Assembly (NCBI RefSeq): GCF_006345805.1
Contig: NC_042999.1
Coordinates: 88,536,001 to 88,600,000 of the forward strand
Source of the DNA: Octopus sinensis
Lineage: Eukaryota
Length of the DNA stretch: 64,000 nt
Direction of reading: 5' to 3'
Both the position numbers and the translations under genes were made by a program. How positions within the stretch are numbered: position 1 is the stretch's first letter; the number at the start of each line of letters is the position of its first letter. Below are positions 1-12,016 of this stretch, piece after piece. The notes beneath the pieces were generated by a model, which did not search any database, had not been told where the DNA came from, and worked only from the letters and a program-made list of their open reading frames with translations.

Positions 1-404
1 TAAAAAAAGTTGATAATCTTTTTATATTTATTTTGTAAACAAATAATACAATATTACATAAGCATTTTGTAATGTTTCTTTCTTTCCTGGAAACTCGCCG
101 CATACTGGCAGTTGATGGCTCATGGACAGGAACCAGTCCACGGACCACTGCTTTGAGTAGCACTGCTGTAAACCATTTACCATTTCTATTGTGCTCCTGC
201 CTTCCCTTGATGTCCCTAAGTACGTGGTTATTTTGCTTAATGGTTTATCCAGTGCTGCTTGCAAATGAATTCTAAAGAGAAAGAAACAAGGCTAATTTTT
301 TAAGAAGCATTAAAATAAACATTCCCTCTATAATTTATGGAGTACTGTGTCTTAAACCATGGTTCTCTCTGCTTTTAAACAGGAACATACACAAAAGATA
401 GATA

Positions 405-830
405 ATTGTGTACAGGTATGTGTGTACATCATCATCATTATCATCAACATTGTCATCGTTATTGGTGTTGTCCTCCTCCTCCTCCTCTACTTCCTCCTCC
501 TCATCACCACCACCACCACCACCACCATCACCACCACCATCATAATCATCGTCATCATCATCATCATTATTGTTGTTTTCTTCTTCCTCTGCCTTTTCTT
601 TCTCCCTCTCTTCCTCATTATCATTGTTATCATTGTCATCATCATCAACATGGTCATTATTGTAGTCTTCTTTCTTCTCCTCCTCCTTCTCATCATCATT
701 GTCATCGTCAACATTGTTATTGTTTTCTTCTTCCTCTTACCCCTCCTCCTCATCATCATCATCATGACCACCACCACCATCTGCAGCAGCAGTAGCAACA
801 ACAACAACAGTAGCAGCAGCAGAATGTGTT
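405..830. repeat. Compound trinucleotide low-complexity tract (CAT/CAC/CCT/CTT/CAG/CAA)
   Basis: Mixed triplet runs are visible directly. The poly-I/H/L/T ORFs at 359-925, 406-795 and 487-807 are artefacts of this tract. Confidence 0.95.
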
Positions 831-1114
831 ACTACTTACTCTGCCACACCTTCTGTTCTGCAATGATCACTTCTTGTTTCCTGTGCTACTTCCAAATGGT
901 GTCCATTTTCCTTATAGTCCTCTAATCCATACTTACTGTTGGGCCACCCCTATGCCACCCTTGTTTCTCTATTCACTGCATTAGATTTTTTTTTTGCTTC
1001 TGACCACCTCCACCCCTCTTTCCATACATCACTCACTTCTTCCTCTAGCATTTTAGCAACCTTTATCCTTCCTTTGTAATTCTTCTTGTTACCTTCAAGT
1101 AACAATATATATCT

Positions 1115-1240
1115 GACACTCACAAGGTTTTGGTTTGCCCCAGAGCTATAATAGAAAGACACTTGCCAAAGATACTATGCAGTGGGACTGAACCCAAAAC
1201 CATCTGGTTGGGAAGCAAACCTCTAACCAAACAACCACAC
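1115..1240 (-). mobile_element. tRNA-derived SINE (family B here), 5' part
   Basis: Reverse complement matches the 5' half of the SINE at 2833-3199 (gggttcagtcccactgc...ggcaagtgtct...ctatt). Confidence 0.8.
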
Positions 1241-1884
1241 GTGCACCTATATATGAGTGTGTGTGCGTGTGTGTGTGGACATGTGTATGTGTGTGTGTGT
1301 GTGTGGACATGTGTATGCATGTGTGTACACATGCTTGTGCACATGTGTCTCTATGCACGTGCATATGTGTCTGTCTATGTATGCATGTGTGTGAATGTGT
1401 GTTATGAATATTGTGCTGTTCATTGATTGATATTCACAGAGGAATATGTATATCTATTGGTTTGTCGTTTCCTAGTACTCTTTATCCCTAATACGTGCTT
1501 ACAATTAAAGTTATGCAAATAACTTTTAGTCTTCTTGCTAAACTACTCAGACATGTGCATTGCCTATTAAGTTTGCAGCAGACTTAATTTTCATATTTTA
1601 AAACCTAGAGATTTTTAGAGAGATTTTTAATATTTAACATAAGATTGGAAAATGTAAGATTTTTATCCATATAAGATGCTTATGTAGTCACAGAGATTTA
1701 TATTCTGGAAGGAAAAACCTAAGATATTAATATTCATGCCTTTCCCATGAGGCATTAGTATCAAAACAGAAGTAAAATCTTTAGAATAAGAGATTAAAGT
1801 CTAGTGGGAAATTCAGCTTCCCGGACAGTTTTTTTTTTTACTCTGTAGTGTAGACCACCCTATGAAATATTCAAAGGAACGTCT

Positions 1885-2075
1885 ATATGACTGCTCAGCC
1901 CATTATGATTAGCTGGCAAATCTCACTAAAATCACTGCTTATCATCTTAAAAGGAGCAAGATATGTTGGCTAATGTAGTCCTGGATGAACTATATCTGAG
2001 AGAAAAATCGGATCCCACAGCTGGAACACTTTTGATCATAAAACTGCTTGACCTGGGGTTAATTGGCAACAGTAT
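1885..2075 (+). mobile_element. Degenerate SINE 3' half (different family), ending in cctggggttaa
   Basis: Resembles shorter related fragments at about 32780-32830 (-) and 47880-47930 (+). Family assignment is from recollection only. Confidence 0.45.
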
Positions 2076-2832
2076 TTGTCAATTAACCCCAGGTTAATTG
2101 ACAACAGTATTTGTGATTGTTTACCAATGCCAGCTCTTCTTGTTAAGAAAAGGTGCATTATATTTGCTTGGCTTGAGTTAAAATGCTTTGAGATCATTAG
2201 TAATTGCGAGCTATGGCTCCGAATCACTAATGATCCCTCTTGCCAATCCCACATTCATAATTTTCTGTATGCATACCAAAGTATAGGTTTTTCTTTCATA
2301 TCTAAAATATACTTCAGTAATGAACAGACTCTGCAAAATTAAAGTGAGATCCACAATAAAACACTTTCTTCCATGTCTAGGATGGTGCCACTACTTCTTA
2401 GAGAAATATCCAAATGATTGACAAGGATCAACTCAATGGCACTCTCAAACCTTTAGCTTTGTGACCTCTTGCTTTTCACCTCTCTCTTCTATCATTTTTA
2501 CAATGGCCTCTGCTCTTCACAGTTAGATAGATGTAAACTCTTTCCAATCAAGTCCACTCAACTCACCTGTCTCCTTTTCTTACTATTGAATCGGTATCCA
2601 ACTTCACACTTTCTGTACTAATCACCTCACTTGATATTTTCCTTCCAAGAACAGTAATATTCTGGAATCATATTTTTTCTTCATTTGTTTCCACAGTTAT
2701 CTACTGCTCACAGAAGTTCAAGTTAAGCATTAGCCATGCTGATAACACTAGACCGGGACGACATGCGAAGGTTCTTAAGCATAATCTCCTATTCTCAATT
2801 TAAACAATAGATTAGAATTTAAAATAAACTAA

Positions 2833-3199
2833 GGCGTAGGAGTGGCTGTGTGGTAAGTAGCATGCTTATGAACCACATGATTCCTTGGGCAAGTGTCTTC
2901 TACTATAGTCACAGGCCGACCAAAACCTTGTGAGTGGATTTGGAAGACGGAAACTGAAAGAAGCCCGACATATATATGTATATATGTGTATGTTTGTGTG
3001 TCTGTGTTTGTCCAACATTGCCTCACAACCGATGCTGGTGTGTTTATGTCACCGTAACTTAGTGGTTCAGCAAAAGAGACCAATAGAATAAGTACTAGGC
3101 TTACAAAGAATAAGTCCTGGGGTCGATTTGCTTGACTAAAGGCGGTGCTCCAGCATGGCCACAGTCAACTGACTAAAACAAGTAAAAGAGTAAAAGAGT
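2833..3199 (+). mobile_element. tRNA-derived SINE family B, near full length
   Basis: Head ggcgtaggagtggctgtgtggtaag, internal TA/TG tract, core aataagtactaggc...ggggtcgat, tail gtaaaagagtaaaagag. Homologous copies lie at 1115, 9835, 32855 and 39405. Confidence 0.85.
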
Positions 3200-3294
3200 T
3201 TGGTGATGTAACTCATACAATTTTGTTGATATTTTGAGATTCTTGCTTGGGCCATAATAAATATACAACCTTCAATCTTACCTTTTGTGACTAG

Positions 3295-3396
3295 GAGACT
3301 ACCATTCCAAATGGTACACTATCAATATGAAGGAAGTTGAAGAACCTGTTCATATATTTTTACTAGAGTATACAGACATCTGAACTTTGGAGCAAA
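3295..3396 (+). other. Candidate exon of an unidentified gene or pseudogene
   Basis: Acceptor ccttttgtgactag|G and donor AAA|gtaaga. It reads DYHSKWYTINMKEVEEPVHIFF-TRVYRHLNFGA only if one T is added to a T5 run. No homology recognised. Confidence 0.2.
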
Positions 3397-3974
3397 GTAA
3401 GATCTAAAGAACAATATTTTACATATCTTTGTATAATTGGGCAAAGATCCAATTTCACCTCGATATATGATTTGAATTAAAGAAAAATTTTAAAAAGCAT
3501 TCATCTTTTATTTAAACCTATTATCATGACCTGCAACAATTGACTAATTTAAAGTTACAAATTGCTATCAGCTTCCTCTAAAACATTTCTTACTCTAATA
3601 CTTTGAATGTGTAATTCAAAGTTTTAATCCAAGAAGAAACATGTTTTATTGATAATGTGCTTTCAAAGTAAAACTAAGCAAATGTCCACAGTGTTTCTTT
3701 CAAGATATGTATTAATCTAAGCTTTGCTTTGATTTGACATGCATCACATTGCCTGTTTGATATAGGAATATGTTAAGTTGTATACTCCAACATGTCATTT
3801 CCTGTGATTGTGGGTGAATAGTTAGTTCTGTTATTTAACTCAGAGTGCCTGCATTTATGACAGGTTCCCTTCAATCATTATAAAGACCTTCATCATCCCT
3901 TAGTTTCTTCCTGTTGCAAAGAAGTTGGCATGTACTAAAGACTAATGAAGTATAAATAAAATAAAAAAACACTA

Positions 3975-4640
3975 GATGGAATTTTTGGAGGAATAATGCA
4001 AAATCAGAACTTCAGATACATTAGATGTATATGAGTAAAAACATGTACAACAAATGGGTGTAATATATTGATAACTCAGAGATAATGGCTAAGTTCTGGT
4101 ACCCAAGTAATGCAATTAGTGTTAAGATTAGACATGATAAAAGTATTTGAGTGAAGGTAAAGGAAATTGAAGGCATTGTTATCAAATGTGACTAAAAAAC
4201 AAAAATCTTTCTCATTTATGCATTAGACAGACAATATGGAGCAATCAGTAAGAAGTATAATCTTGTATAGCAGTGAAATATGGGAAGTGAGTGAGAAAGA
4301 ATTGCAGTGATTGGAAACGAATGAACTAAAAATGTACTGGTGAATGTTCAGTAGTTATTTATTAGAAAATCTGAGAACAAGAATATTGGCTGAGGAATGT
4401 TAATTTTTTTATGGCTTAGTTAGGAAGGAAGGGATGTGCCATGACTTTTTTCTTGGGCTTCTTTTGACTGGTTGAAGAAAAGAAGACTAACACTATGACT
4501 CATAGGTTACGGTAGTTGGAAGATACACATCAAGTAACCAAATTAGTCTTACGCAAGAGACTTAGTGCAAATGCTTGCAACAGAGTGAACTTTGTGAAAG
4601 ACACCCATGCAGATGATGGCAAGGCAATGAATCAATTCTA
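3975..4640 (+). mobile_element. Decayed RTE LINE, RT C-terminal fragment
   Basis: Translates in part to SVRSIILYSSEIWEVSEKELQ*LETNELKMYW, similar to the RTE post-RT 'LYGSETW...LE...ML.W' motif. Many stops. Confidence 0.55.
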
Positions 4641-4893
4641 CTGTGGAACTCATAAGGATATGTAATGTTGGTAGCTATTGTATGTTAGATTTAAAAGAAG
4701 TAAATTTTCTATATCTTTATAGTAGTCACTTCCAACATTTCTCTGACTTTGTCACCTTATTTCTCTATGTTTAAGATACTAGGCTTACAAAGAATAAGTC
4801 CTGGGGTCGATTGTGCTCCTACAAAATCTATGATGTCTTTAATATGTTTTCTCACTCTCTTCACACTTCACACACTTTTGTTTTCAAGTACAG

Positions 4894-4972
4894 TCTTTGG
4901 CATTTTTGTCAATTGCTATTTAATGGGATTGAATTGACAGAAGCATTAAAACATCAGATAAAAAACCTTGTG
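4894..4972 (+). other. Candidate exon of an unidentified gene or pseudogene
   Basis: Acceptor ttttgttttcaagtacag| and donor GTG|gtattt. Reads LWHFCQLLFNGIELTEALKHQIKNLV and is phase-compatible with 3295-3396. Confidence 0.2.
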
Positions 4973-5399
4973 GTATTTGTTCTGACTTTCTGCACATCAT
5001 TAAAATTCTATCAAGGTCAGCTTTGCCTCATAACAAGGCTGATATTAAAAAAAAAGGGGATTCGTCTGGAATGGTGGATTGGTTGAATATTAAAATATCA
5101 GACAAGATGTTTTGTGATATCTATTATAGTATCAATTCTATTTTTGTAGTCACCAGAAACAAAGGACTCTTCTGTACCAGCAACAACAGAAAAAAAAAAT
5201 GGTCATCATCTTGGGAAATAAGTGCCTAAGAATTTCAGCTGATCACTTTGTATGTCAGCTTGCAGGCTGGCAAGAGATAATATAAGAGGGCTTCATGTCC
5301 TGTGCCCTCAAATATGATACAGATGAGTATTTTAGATTTAAAACCTCACAACACCACTAACTAAATGGATATAGCCAATAAGAGTTTGTAACACACCTG

Positions 5400-5830
5400 A
5401 AGAAAATCACTGACTGATATGCTAAGTTTGTGTATCTAGGGACCTCTGTTGGTTAGGCTTCACCTCATAACTGTATTCTTATACAAAGGTCTTCACAAGG
5501 ATTTTTTTTTTTCTGTGGAAGTTTGGTTGATGCTTCTGCATGCAAGTCTCTTCTTCCCATGTGACCAATGCTGTCCTAGGGCAGGGCTGCTTCATTTAGG
5601 CCAATACAACTTGGCACACCATTATTGTTGTAGCATTGCTGTCAGAATGCAAATGCCTGAATCGGATACCACAAAGCATCTTTTCCAACATTCTCCCAGT
5701 TCCATCAATCCACCAGCCAGGTTTGATAGTTTTTGTTGACCTTCAAAGGAAGAAAAGCATAGTTGATCTTGGCGAGATTGGAACGCAGAGAGTACGGAGC
5801 CAGAACAGTTGGCGCAAGACAAACACTCTA
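5400..5830 (-). mobile_element. Decayed RTE-like LINE 3' ORF fragment
   Basis: The minus frame contains LRSNLAKINYAFLPLKVNKNYQTWL...IGHMGRRD, resembling the RTE 'WAGHVVRM' region. Interrupted by stops. Confidence 0.45.
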
Positions 5831-5839
5831 ACAAATTTG

Positions 5840-6945
5840 TATATATATGTATGTAAGTACATGTGTGTGTGTATGTGTGTGCATCTATGTGTATGTTTGT
5901 GCATATATATGTATGTATGTACATATGTGCATGTATATATACATATGTGTATGTATATATATTTGTATGCATGGACATTAAAGGATGATCATCATTATAT
6001 TTACATTTATACAAACGCATGTATATAACCATATATATATATACATACTACATACATACACATATATATAGATATATATACATATATAGAGAGACACATA
6101 TATACATCTATCTGACTATCAATCTATCTATATATCTATCTATCTACTATCTTTCTACACACACATATGCACGTGTGTGCGTATGTGTGTATATGAGGGA
6201 ATGGGAAAGAGTGCGTGTGTATATGTATGCATATTCATGTGCTTGTTATGTGTTATGCTTGCGTGTGTATACAAATTAACATATTTGCATGTATAGGAAT
6301 AGAGAAGGTAATAAAAATCAAAACAAGCAAGCAAGGTTGGTGGTGGTGATGGGAGTGGGTGGGTAAGGAATAAATAAATTTATTCAATATTTCAACTTTA
6401 ACTCTGCGCTGTTAAGTAGCATTTATTACCCTCCTCTTTCGATAGTAAAATGTCAAGACTTTCAATAATTTACATGAAGCACTACACATTACATGTTAAA
6501 TTCCAATATTCTAAGGTTTTCGACTCAATCAGATGTTTATGCATATGTCTAAGTTGCATTGCACACAAGCACACACACACACTAACACACACACACACAC
6601 ATGCACAATCACACACATATATATACATATATGTATACATACATATATATGTATAAATGTATACCTATATATATAAATATATTATATGTATATATATATT
6701 ATATATATATACATATATATGTTTATGTATGTATGTATGTATATATATACACACATATATATATATATATACATATATAAACACACACAAGCACACACAT
6801 ACACACACATATATGAATTTATATATATATGTATGCATGTGTGTATATATATATATATATGCTTGTGCGATGCATGTAGTGTGGCACTCATATATATGCG
6901 TGTGTTTGTGTGTGCATGTATATATATATATATATTATATCTGTG
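5840..6945. repeat. Cluster of (TA)n/(TG)n/(CA)n microsatellites
   Basis: Visible directly. Accounts for the YI/CV-rich ORFs. Confidence 0.95.
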
Positions 6946-7271
6946 ATGAGATGAAGAAAGATGTAAAATTATGACTATTTATTGATTTTATATAATAAAG
7001 TCATTTGCTTGACCTTTTCATGATTGACAGTATTCAACAATGGATAATCAATGGCATTTACTCTAGGAAAAAGGTGAATTGTGATGTGTGTGCCTTTTAA
7101 AAAGGACATTAGCGGCTTATGAAGTGAAACAAAACTGGGAATTAAAAATAGGTTGCAGACTTAGTTCACCAGGAACTTACTTTATTGCATTAACATAACC
7201 ATATGCATATACACACAGAACTTTATTTATGTATCTATCTATCTAGCTAGCTAGCTAACATTCTATCTATC

Positions 7272-7315
<44 letters not shown>

Positions 7316-7640
7316 TATGTATGTATCATCAGGAGCAGCATTTACCATCTGTTTTCCATGTTGGCATGGGTTGGATAGCCTGACAGGAGCTGGCAAAGCC
7401 AGAGGCTGCACCTAGTTCCATACACACACACACATGCACACACACTCAAACTCACCCCTACACACACACACATATATATATATATAAACATATATACATA
7501 CACAACCAAATACGTATATATACATGCATATATATCTATATGTGAAGGCGCATAGCTCAGTGGTTAGAGCATCAAGCATATATAAATATATATATATTAA
7601 TTAAATAGTGAGAAGATGGATTTGGTATTAAACTTTATTC

Positions 7641-7748
7641 TGTACAGTGTTCGTTTTGACCTGTCCTGCTATTGTCCCTTATATGTGTAACTTTGTTCAG
7701 CCTGTTGTGTTGCATCCATTTTGCAGTCTGGGTCTCATCAGGTACATC
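7641..7748 (-). ncRNA. Degenerate type I hammerhead ribozyme (probable PLE pLTR remnant)
   Basis: Minus strand reads TGTAC-CTGATGA-GACC...GGTC-AAAA-CGAACACT-GTACA. Stems I and II are intact. GAAA has changed to AAAA (consistent with CpG decay) and stem III is damaged. Confidence 0.6.
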
Positions 7749-7981
7749 CATAAAGATCTTGACTGTTGGCTGCCATATTGTTATATGTCCACCTAGTTAA
7801 GGAGTGAATAATATAATTACCCTAACTGGCATTGCTGGGTTCCTGAAGTAGATCCAACAGAAAAATATACCACAACTACAGATGACAACAGGTAACCCAA
7901 ACTGTGCCAGTGCTCTACTCAACACTTAAACACACTAATCAACTTATACCTATTAGGGCAACATATATATATATATATATA

Positions 7982-8355
7982 ACATACATATAAGAGGAAT
8001 GACCACTAAGTGGACATACCTTATGCTAGAAGTTGACTCCCTATGGTTTTACCACTAAGAAAGGAATGTTCTCAAGAAAATTTAGCAAATGCCAAAACAT
8101 AAGCGAGCAAGACAAATGAAAAGATACAAAATATACAGATTAATAGCAAACTAGTTTGCAACACACATGTGGTGTGGCACTCATCATATATATACAAAAT
8201 ATACAGATTAATCACAAACTAGTTTTGTGCCCACTTACATTTTGGCATTTGCTAAATTTTCTTGAGAATATTCCTTTCTTAGTGGTAAGACCATAGGGGG
8301 TCGACTTCTAGCATAAGGTATCCCCACTTAGTGGTCATCCCTCTTATATGTATGT
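7982..8355. repeat. Foldback: about 127-bp imperfect inverted arms (7982-8108 / 8229-8355)
   Basis: aagaggaatgaccactaagtgg...gcaaatgccaaaa pairs with ttttggcatttgc...ccacttagtggtcatccctctt. The spacer holds a direct repeat of about 33 bp. Adjacent to (TA)n. Confidence 0.9.
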
Positions 8356-8460
8356 AATATAATTTTTCTTAATCTTCAGATTTTTCTGTATGCTAGACCA
8401 CTGGTTTTAAATTGATATTAATCAAATTAATATTCAATTTTTCACCCTTATTATTTTAAA

Positions 8461-8493
<33 letters not shown>

Positions 8494-8496
<3 letters not shown>

Positions 8497-9058
8497 TGAA
8501 TGAATTATCCTATGTTTATCGTCAGCATGGAAAATTCGTTGAACTGAAACCAGGGTAGCAAATTCACGTCAGAAACATGGTTGAAGCGACCTGTCTGAGG
8601 GCAGAAACTCCGGGTTCATGTGCAGAAATTTGTGTGTTGTATATGAATAAATGAAAGAATGGAGTCGAACGAAGATGTTAACAAAATTCCTTTACTCTCG
8701 ACATATGTTTCGAAGACAACATGGTTTCATTCCAAAGGAATAAAGGGTGCATTATGCAATCTTCTCATCAGGAAAGAAAGGGAGCCTCTCTCGACAACAA
8801 GACAAACAAAAATTTCGATGACTGCCTACATGGTAAACAAAACGATAATGAGTGTTTTTAAAAAAACCGTTAGAAGAATTGACGTCAAAGATAGATAGTA
8901 AGAAGAGAAGGGTTAAAGGAATAATAGGTAGGGAACAAGTGGAGAGGGAAGGGTACGTTGATTGAAAGAATGTTCGAAGGCTTAGGAAAGAATTTCGCTA
9001 TTGAAGTGGGGTGGACGTAAAGCTAATTGTTCAAACCACAGTGTCTGTCGTTATCATT
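8494..9058 (-). mobile_element. Penelope-like element 3' end (pLTR) abutting (TA)n
   Basis: Contains an intact HHR (next entry). The minus frame ends HCGLNN* near 9023, like a PLE ORF terminus (recollection). The 3' end runs into (TA)n at 8464-8493. Confidence 0.6.
8689..8781 (-). ncRNA. Intact type I hammerhead ribozyme
   Basis: CCTTTCTTTC-CTGATGA-GAAGA-(loop)-TCTTC-GAAA-CATATG-TC-GAGAGTAAAGG. Full core, 5-bp stem II, palindromic stem III (ACATATGT), GUC cleavage triplet, stem I CTTTC/GAGAG. Confidence 0.85.
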
Positions 9059-9287
9059 TATATGAGTAAAAAGTATGTTTCTGCCAGTGTTTACATTTGT
9101 ATGATTTTTCTATGGGTGTGTTTTCAAGGGGAACCTTAGAGAAGAGAATGTGGAAGAGTTCAGAGTTGCAAATGTTACAAAATCTCCTGCCCTTATCAAA
9201 AGGGAAGGATACAGACAGTATGAACCAATATATTAAATATATATATATTAAATATATATATATTAAAAATGGGGAAGGCCAGTTTAT

Positions 9288-9347
9288 GGGATTAATTTAG
9301 GTTTCCCATCCATAAAGGTTTAGCTTTATGGCATATCATCAGACCCC
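9288..9347 (-). ncRNA. Hammerhead ribozyme motif, left arm of palindrome 1
   Basis: GGGGT-CTGATGA-TATGCCATAAAG-CTAAAC-CTTTATGG-ATGG-GAAA-CCTAAAT-TA-ATCCC. Core intact; stem III and the base of stem II are imperfect. Confidence 0.6.
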
Positions 9348-9405
9348 AAATATCTGTTGGCCCATGACCTCCATTTTCAATAGGTCATGGGCCAATAGGT
9401 TTTAA

Positions 9406-9463
9406 GGATCTGATGATATGCCATAAAGCTAAACCTTTATGGACGGAAACCTAAGGTAATCCC
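9406..9463 (+). ncRNA. Hammerhead ribozyme motif, right arm of palindrome 1
   Basis: GGAT-CTGATGA-TATG-CCATAAAG-CTAAAC-CTTTATGG-ACG-GAAA-CCTAAGG-TA-ATCC. Stem I GGAT/ATCC, stem III ACCT-A-AGGT, GUA triplet. Confidence 0.75.
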
Positions 9464-10418
9464 ATAAACCGACCTTCCTCATTTTAAATATATATTGTTC
9501 CGCATCTTAGAGTTTGCTTCTTCTTTTGTATTTATGCTTTCTATAAACAATATATATATATATTTCCCTGATTCAAGAGAATTGGGTACTTAAACAGTAA
9601 AGTGCCATGGTCAGGTCTGTAGTAGCATTATCATGTACAAACAATATTTAAGGACAAATACATACTAACTAAAGTAAACACAGATTTGGTCATCAATAAA
9701 AAACACGCATGAAACAGCTGTAGTGAACCACAATCTATCTGTTGTTATTTGTTTATATATAGAGAGAGAGGAGGGAGAGAAGGGAAGTGCAAGCGAGAGA
9801 AAGAGAGAGATGCATGTCTGTGTGTTTGAGAGGCTAAGAAGTTTGCTTTCTTAGCATGTGGTTTCAGTTTCAATCCTACCATTTTCACAACAGGCTCAGG
9901 TTAACCAATGCCTTGTGTGTTGATTTGGTAGGTGGAAATTGAAAGAAACCTATTAACTATACATGTGTGTCTGTGTGTGTGTATGAGTGTGCTTATGTAT
10001 CCTTCTCTTGAAATTACATAACAGTTGTAAATGCAATTTAAGCAATGTCATTCATTACCAATTTTGCATGAAAATACTACCTGTGATTGGAAAATATTAT
10101 CTTGTTAGGAAACAGGTGAGTTTTGATGATGGAAAGGAGAACTACATCTTACTTATTTGTAAGTTTTAGTTTGTGCTTGGTTCCTGCAGCTGGGCATCTT
10201 CTCTAAAATGAAACTTACGAGTGAGATGTGGTCCCCTAAGCTATCTAGGTGAAGCAATGGACCTATCAAGCTTCTGTCAGTATAGAAGGCAGGTGTAAAA
10301 CCATAATGACGCTTCATGTTGATGTTAATGTTGATGCTGATGTTGATATTGATGGTGGTGGTGGTGGTGGTGGCGGCGGCAGCAGTGGTGGTGGTGAAGA
10401 GGAGGATGCTGTTACTAT

Positions 10419-10449
<31 letters not shown>

Positions 10450-11041
10450 AGGTATAGAGAAATAAATCATTAGTGTGACAGATATGTCATGTGTGTATGC
10501 CTATGTGCCTGTGTGCTTGTGCATATATGTGCATCTATGAGTATAATGTGGAGTAAGTTTCTGATGAGCTAAATCTGGAACTTAGTTCTAATTCTAAATT
10601 TTATTTCATTTCATAAGTTTAAGAAGTTTTTACTTCATATATTATGAGCTTTGATTTATTGCTACTTTTTTTTTTTTATTGCAATAGACAAGATTTGTGG
10701 GAAGATTTTTCAAATTTTTCAATACTTCAAAAGATGATCAAAAAAATAATTTCCATATTTTTCTTTATTCACTTGTAAAATTAAAGTTTCTTATTTAATG
10801 GTACAACATCAGCAAGTCTCTTTGGTGATGTGGTATCATGGCCATGCACTCTATAGTAGATGCGTTGTTCAATTCTCGTGGATGACTTTGTCTTCTTTTT
10901 TTATGTGATTTTTTTCTCCATTTATTTTGATCTGTTACTATAGCTACCTTTTCATTAGAGCAATTTTCTAACGAATCTCATTTTCTTATTTTCACATTTC
11001 TCAAGGTTTCAAAATACAATTCCTTCCTCTCAAAAACATAT

Positions 11042-11112
<71 letters not shown>

Positions 11113-11342
11113 TGTCAGGCTTGTGAAAGAGAGTGTAATTCGGCAGGAGGACTTAAACGACATGCAAAGGTACATGAAGCCCAGTTACAACTACAGCCGG
11201 CTATTACCGGTAAAGATATTAGTTGCCAATTCTGTACAAGACATTGTAGATCTTTAGCTGGGCTAAAAAGTCACATTCGATCACAGCACCAGTAACAGTT
11301 AAGCGTCGTGCAATGGCCATACTCAATAACGAGGGGGCAGCC

Positions 11343-11343
<1 letters not shown>
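11113..11343 (+). mobile_element. 5'-truncated RTE-type LINE 3' end encoding two C2H2 zinc fingers, inserted in (TA)n
   Basis: 11113-11295 encodes CQACERECNSAGGLKRHAKVH...CQFCTRHCRSLAGLKSHIRSQHQ*, followed by a short UTR. (TA)n on both sides. C-terminal C2H2 fingers are typical of some RTE ORFs. Confidence 0.7.
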
Positions 11344-11377
<34 letters not shown>

Positions 11378-12016
11378 AGGTTCATATATATGTGTGCATT
11401 GTATGCATACCCAAGAATTGAGATCGTCATGTTCTATATCAATGTTTACATTTACATCAATTTTCATGCTGCCTGCTATGGGTAGGACAATTTGACAAGA
11501 TTCAGTAGATCAGAGGACCACATCTTATTCCATTGTCTTAATTTTGGCATGGTTTCTCTGGTTGTATACCCTTCTTAGCACCAACAACTGGGTGTATTTT
11601 TTTCTATGCACTAGAACTATAGTGGTTGTTTTGTATCAGTAAAAATAAGGGGCTTCTCAAGCCCTTCGTTGTCACAGCTTGAATTGACTACTAATGTCTT
11701 ACAGAGTGTACTGAATGCTTGAAGGAGAACCCCACGTCCCCACCTGCCTCCTTAATGATGGAAGAAACAGGTTTATTGTTAGAAAATTGTTATGGAGTAA
11801 GTAATAGAGGGAACAGTATTGGTGAGGGTAATTGGGGCAAAAGCAGAAAAAGAGTGAAGAGTAATATCAGACTAGAGTGAAGGAAAGAGAAGGTCAATGT
11901 AGTAGATTTGGAATGAGGTAGGTAGCTGGATCCAATGATAAGCTGGGTCATTCAGTTTGCCATGTCAGCATAGGTTGAATGGTTCATTAGGATCAGAAAC
12001 AAGTTCTTCAAGGGGA

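Larger units (their letters stand above)
9254..9495. mobile_element. Twin-HHR palindrome 1 (arms about 9254-9370 / 9382-9495, 11-nt loop)
   Basis: The arms are reverse-complementary with a few mismatches, and each carries an HHR core. TA-rich flanks. Confidence 0.85.

Noticed and set aside
28-271. Minus-strand frame with a strong acceptor (tttctttctctttag|) reading IHLQAALDKPLSKITTYLG...
   Set aside because: It could be a real exon, but I recognise no homology, the donor is ambiguous, and I found no partner exons on that strand.
359-925. 188-aa hydrophobic ORF and overlapping poly-His ORF
   Set aside because: Both are translations of a trinucleotide repeat tract. The same applies to the YI/CV/LS-repeat ORFs elsewhere in the window.
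7545-7576. tRNA-like start ggcgcatagctcagtggttagagc
   Set aside because: It is truncated after the D-arm, so it is a SINE head fragment and not a tRNA gene.
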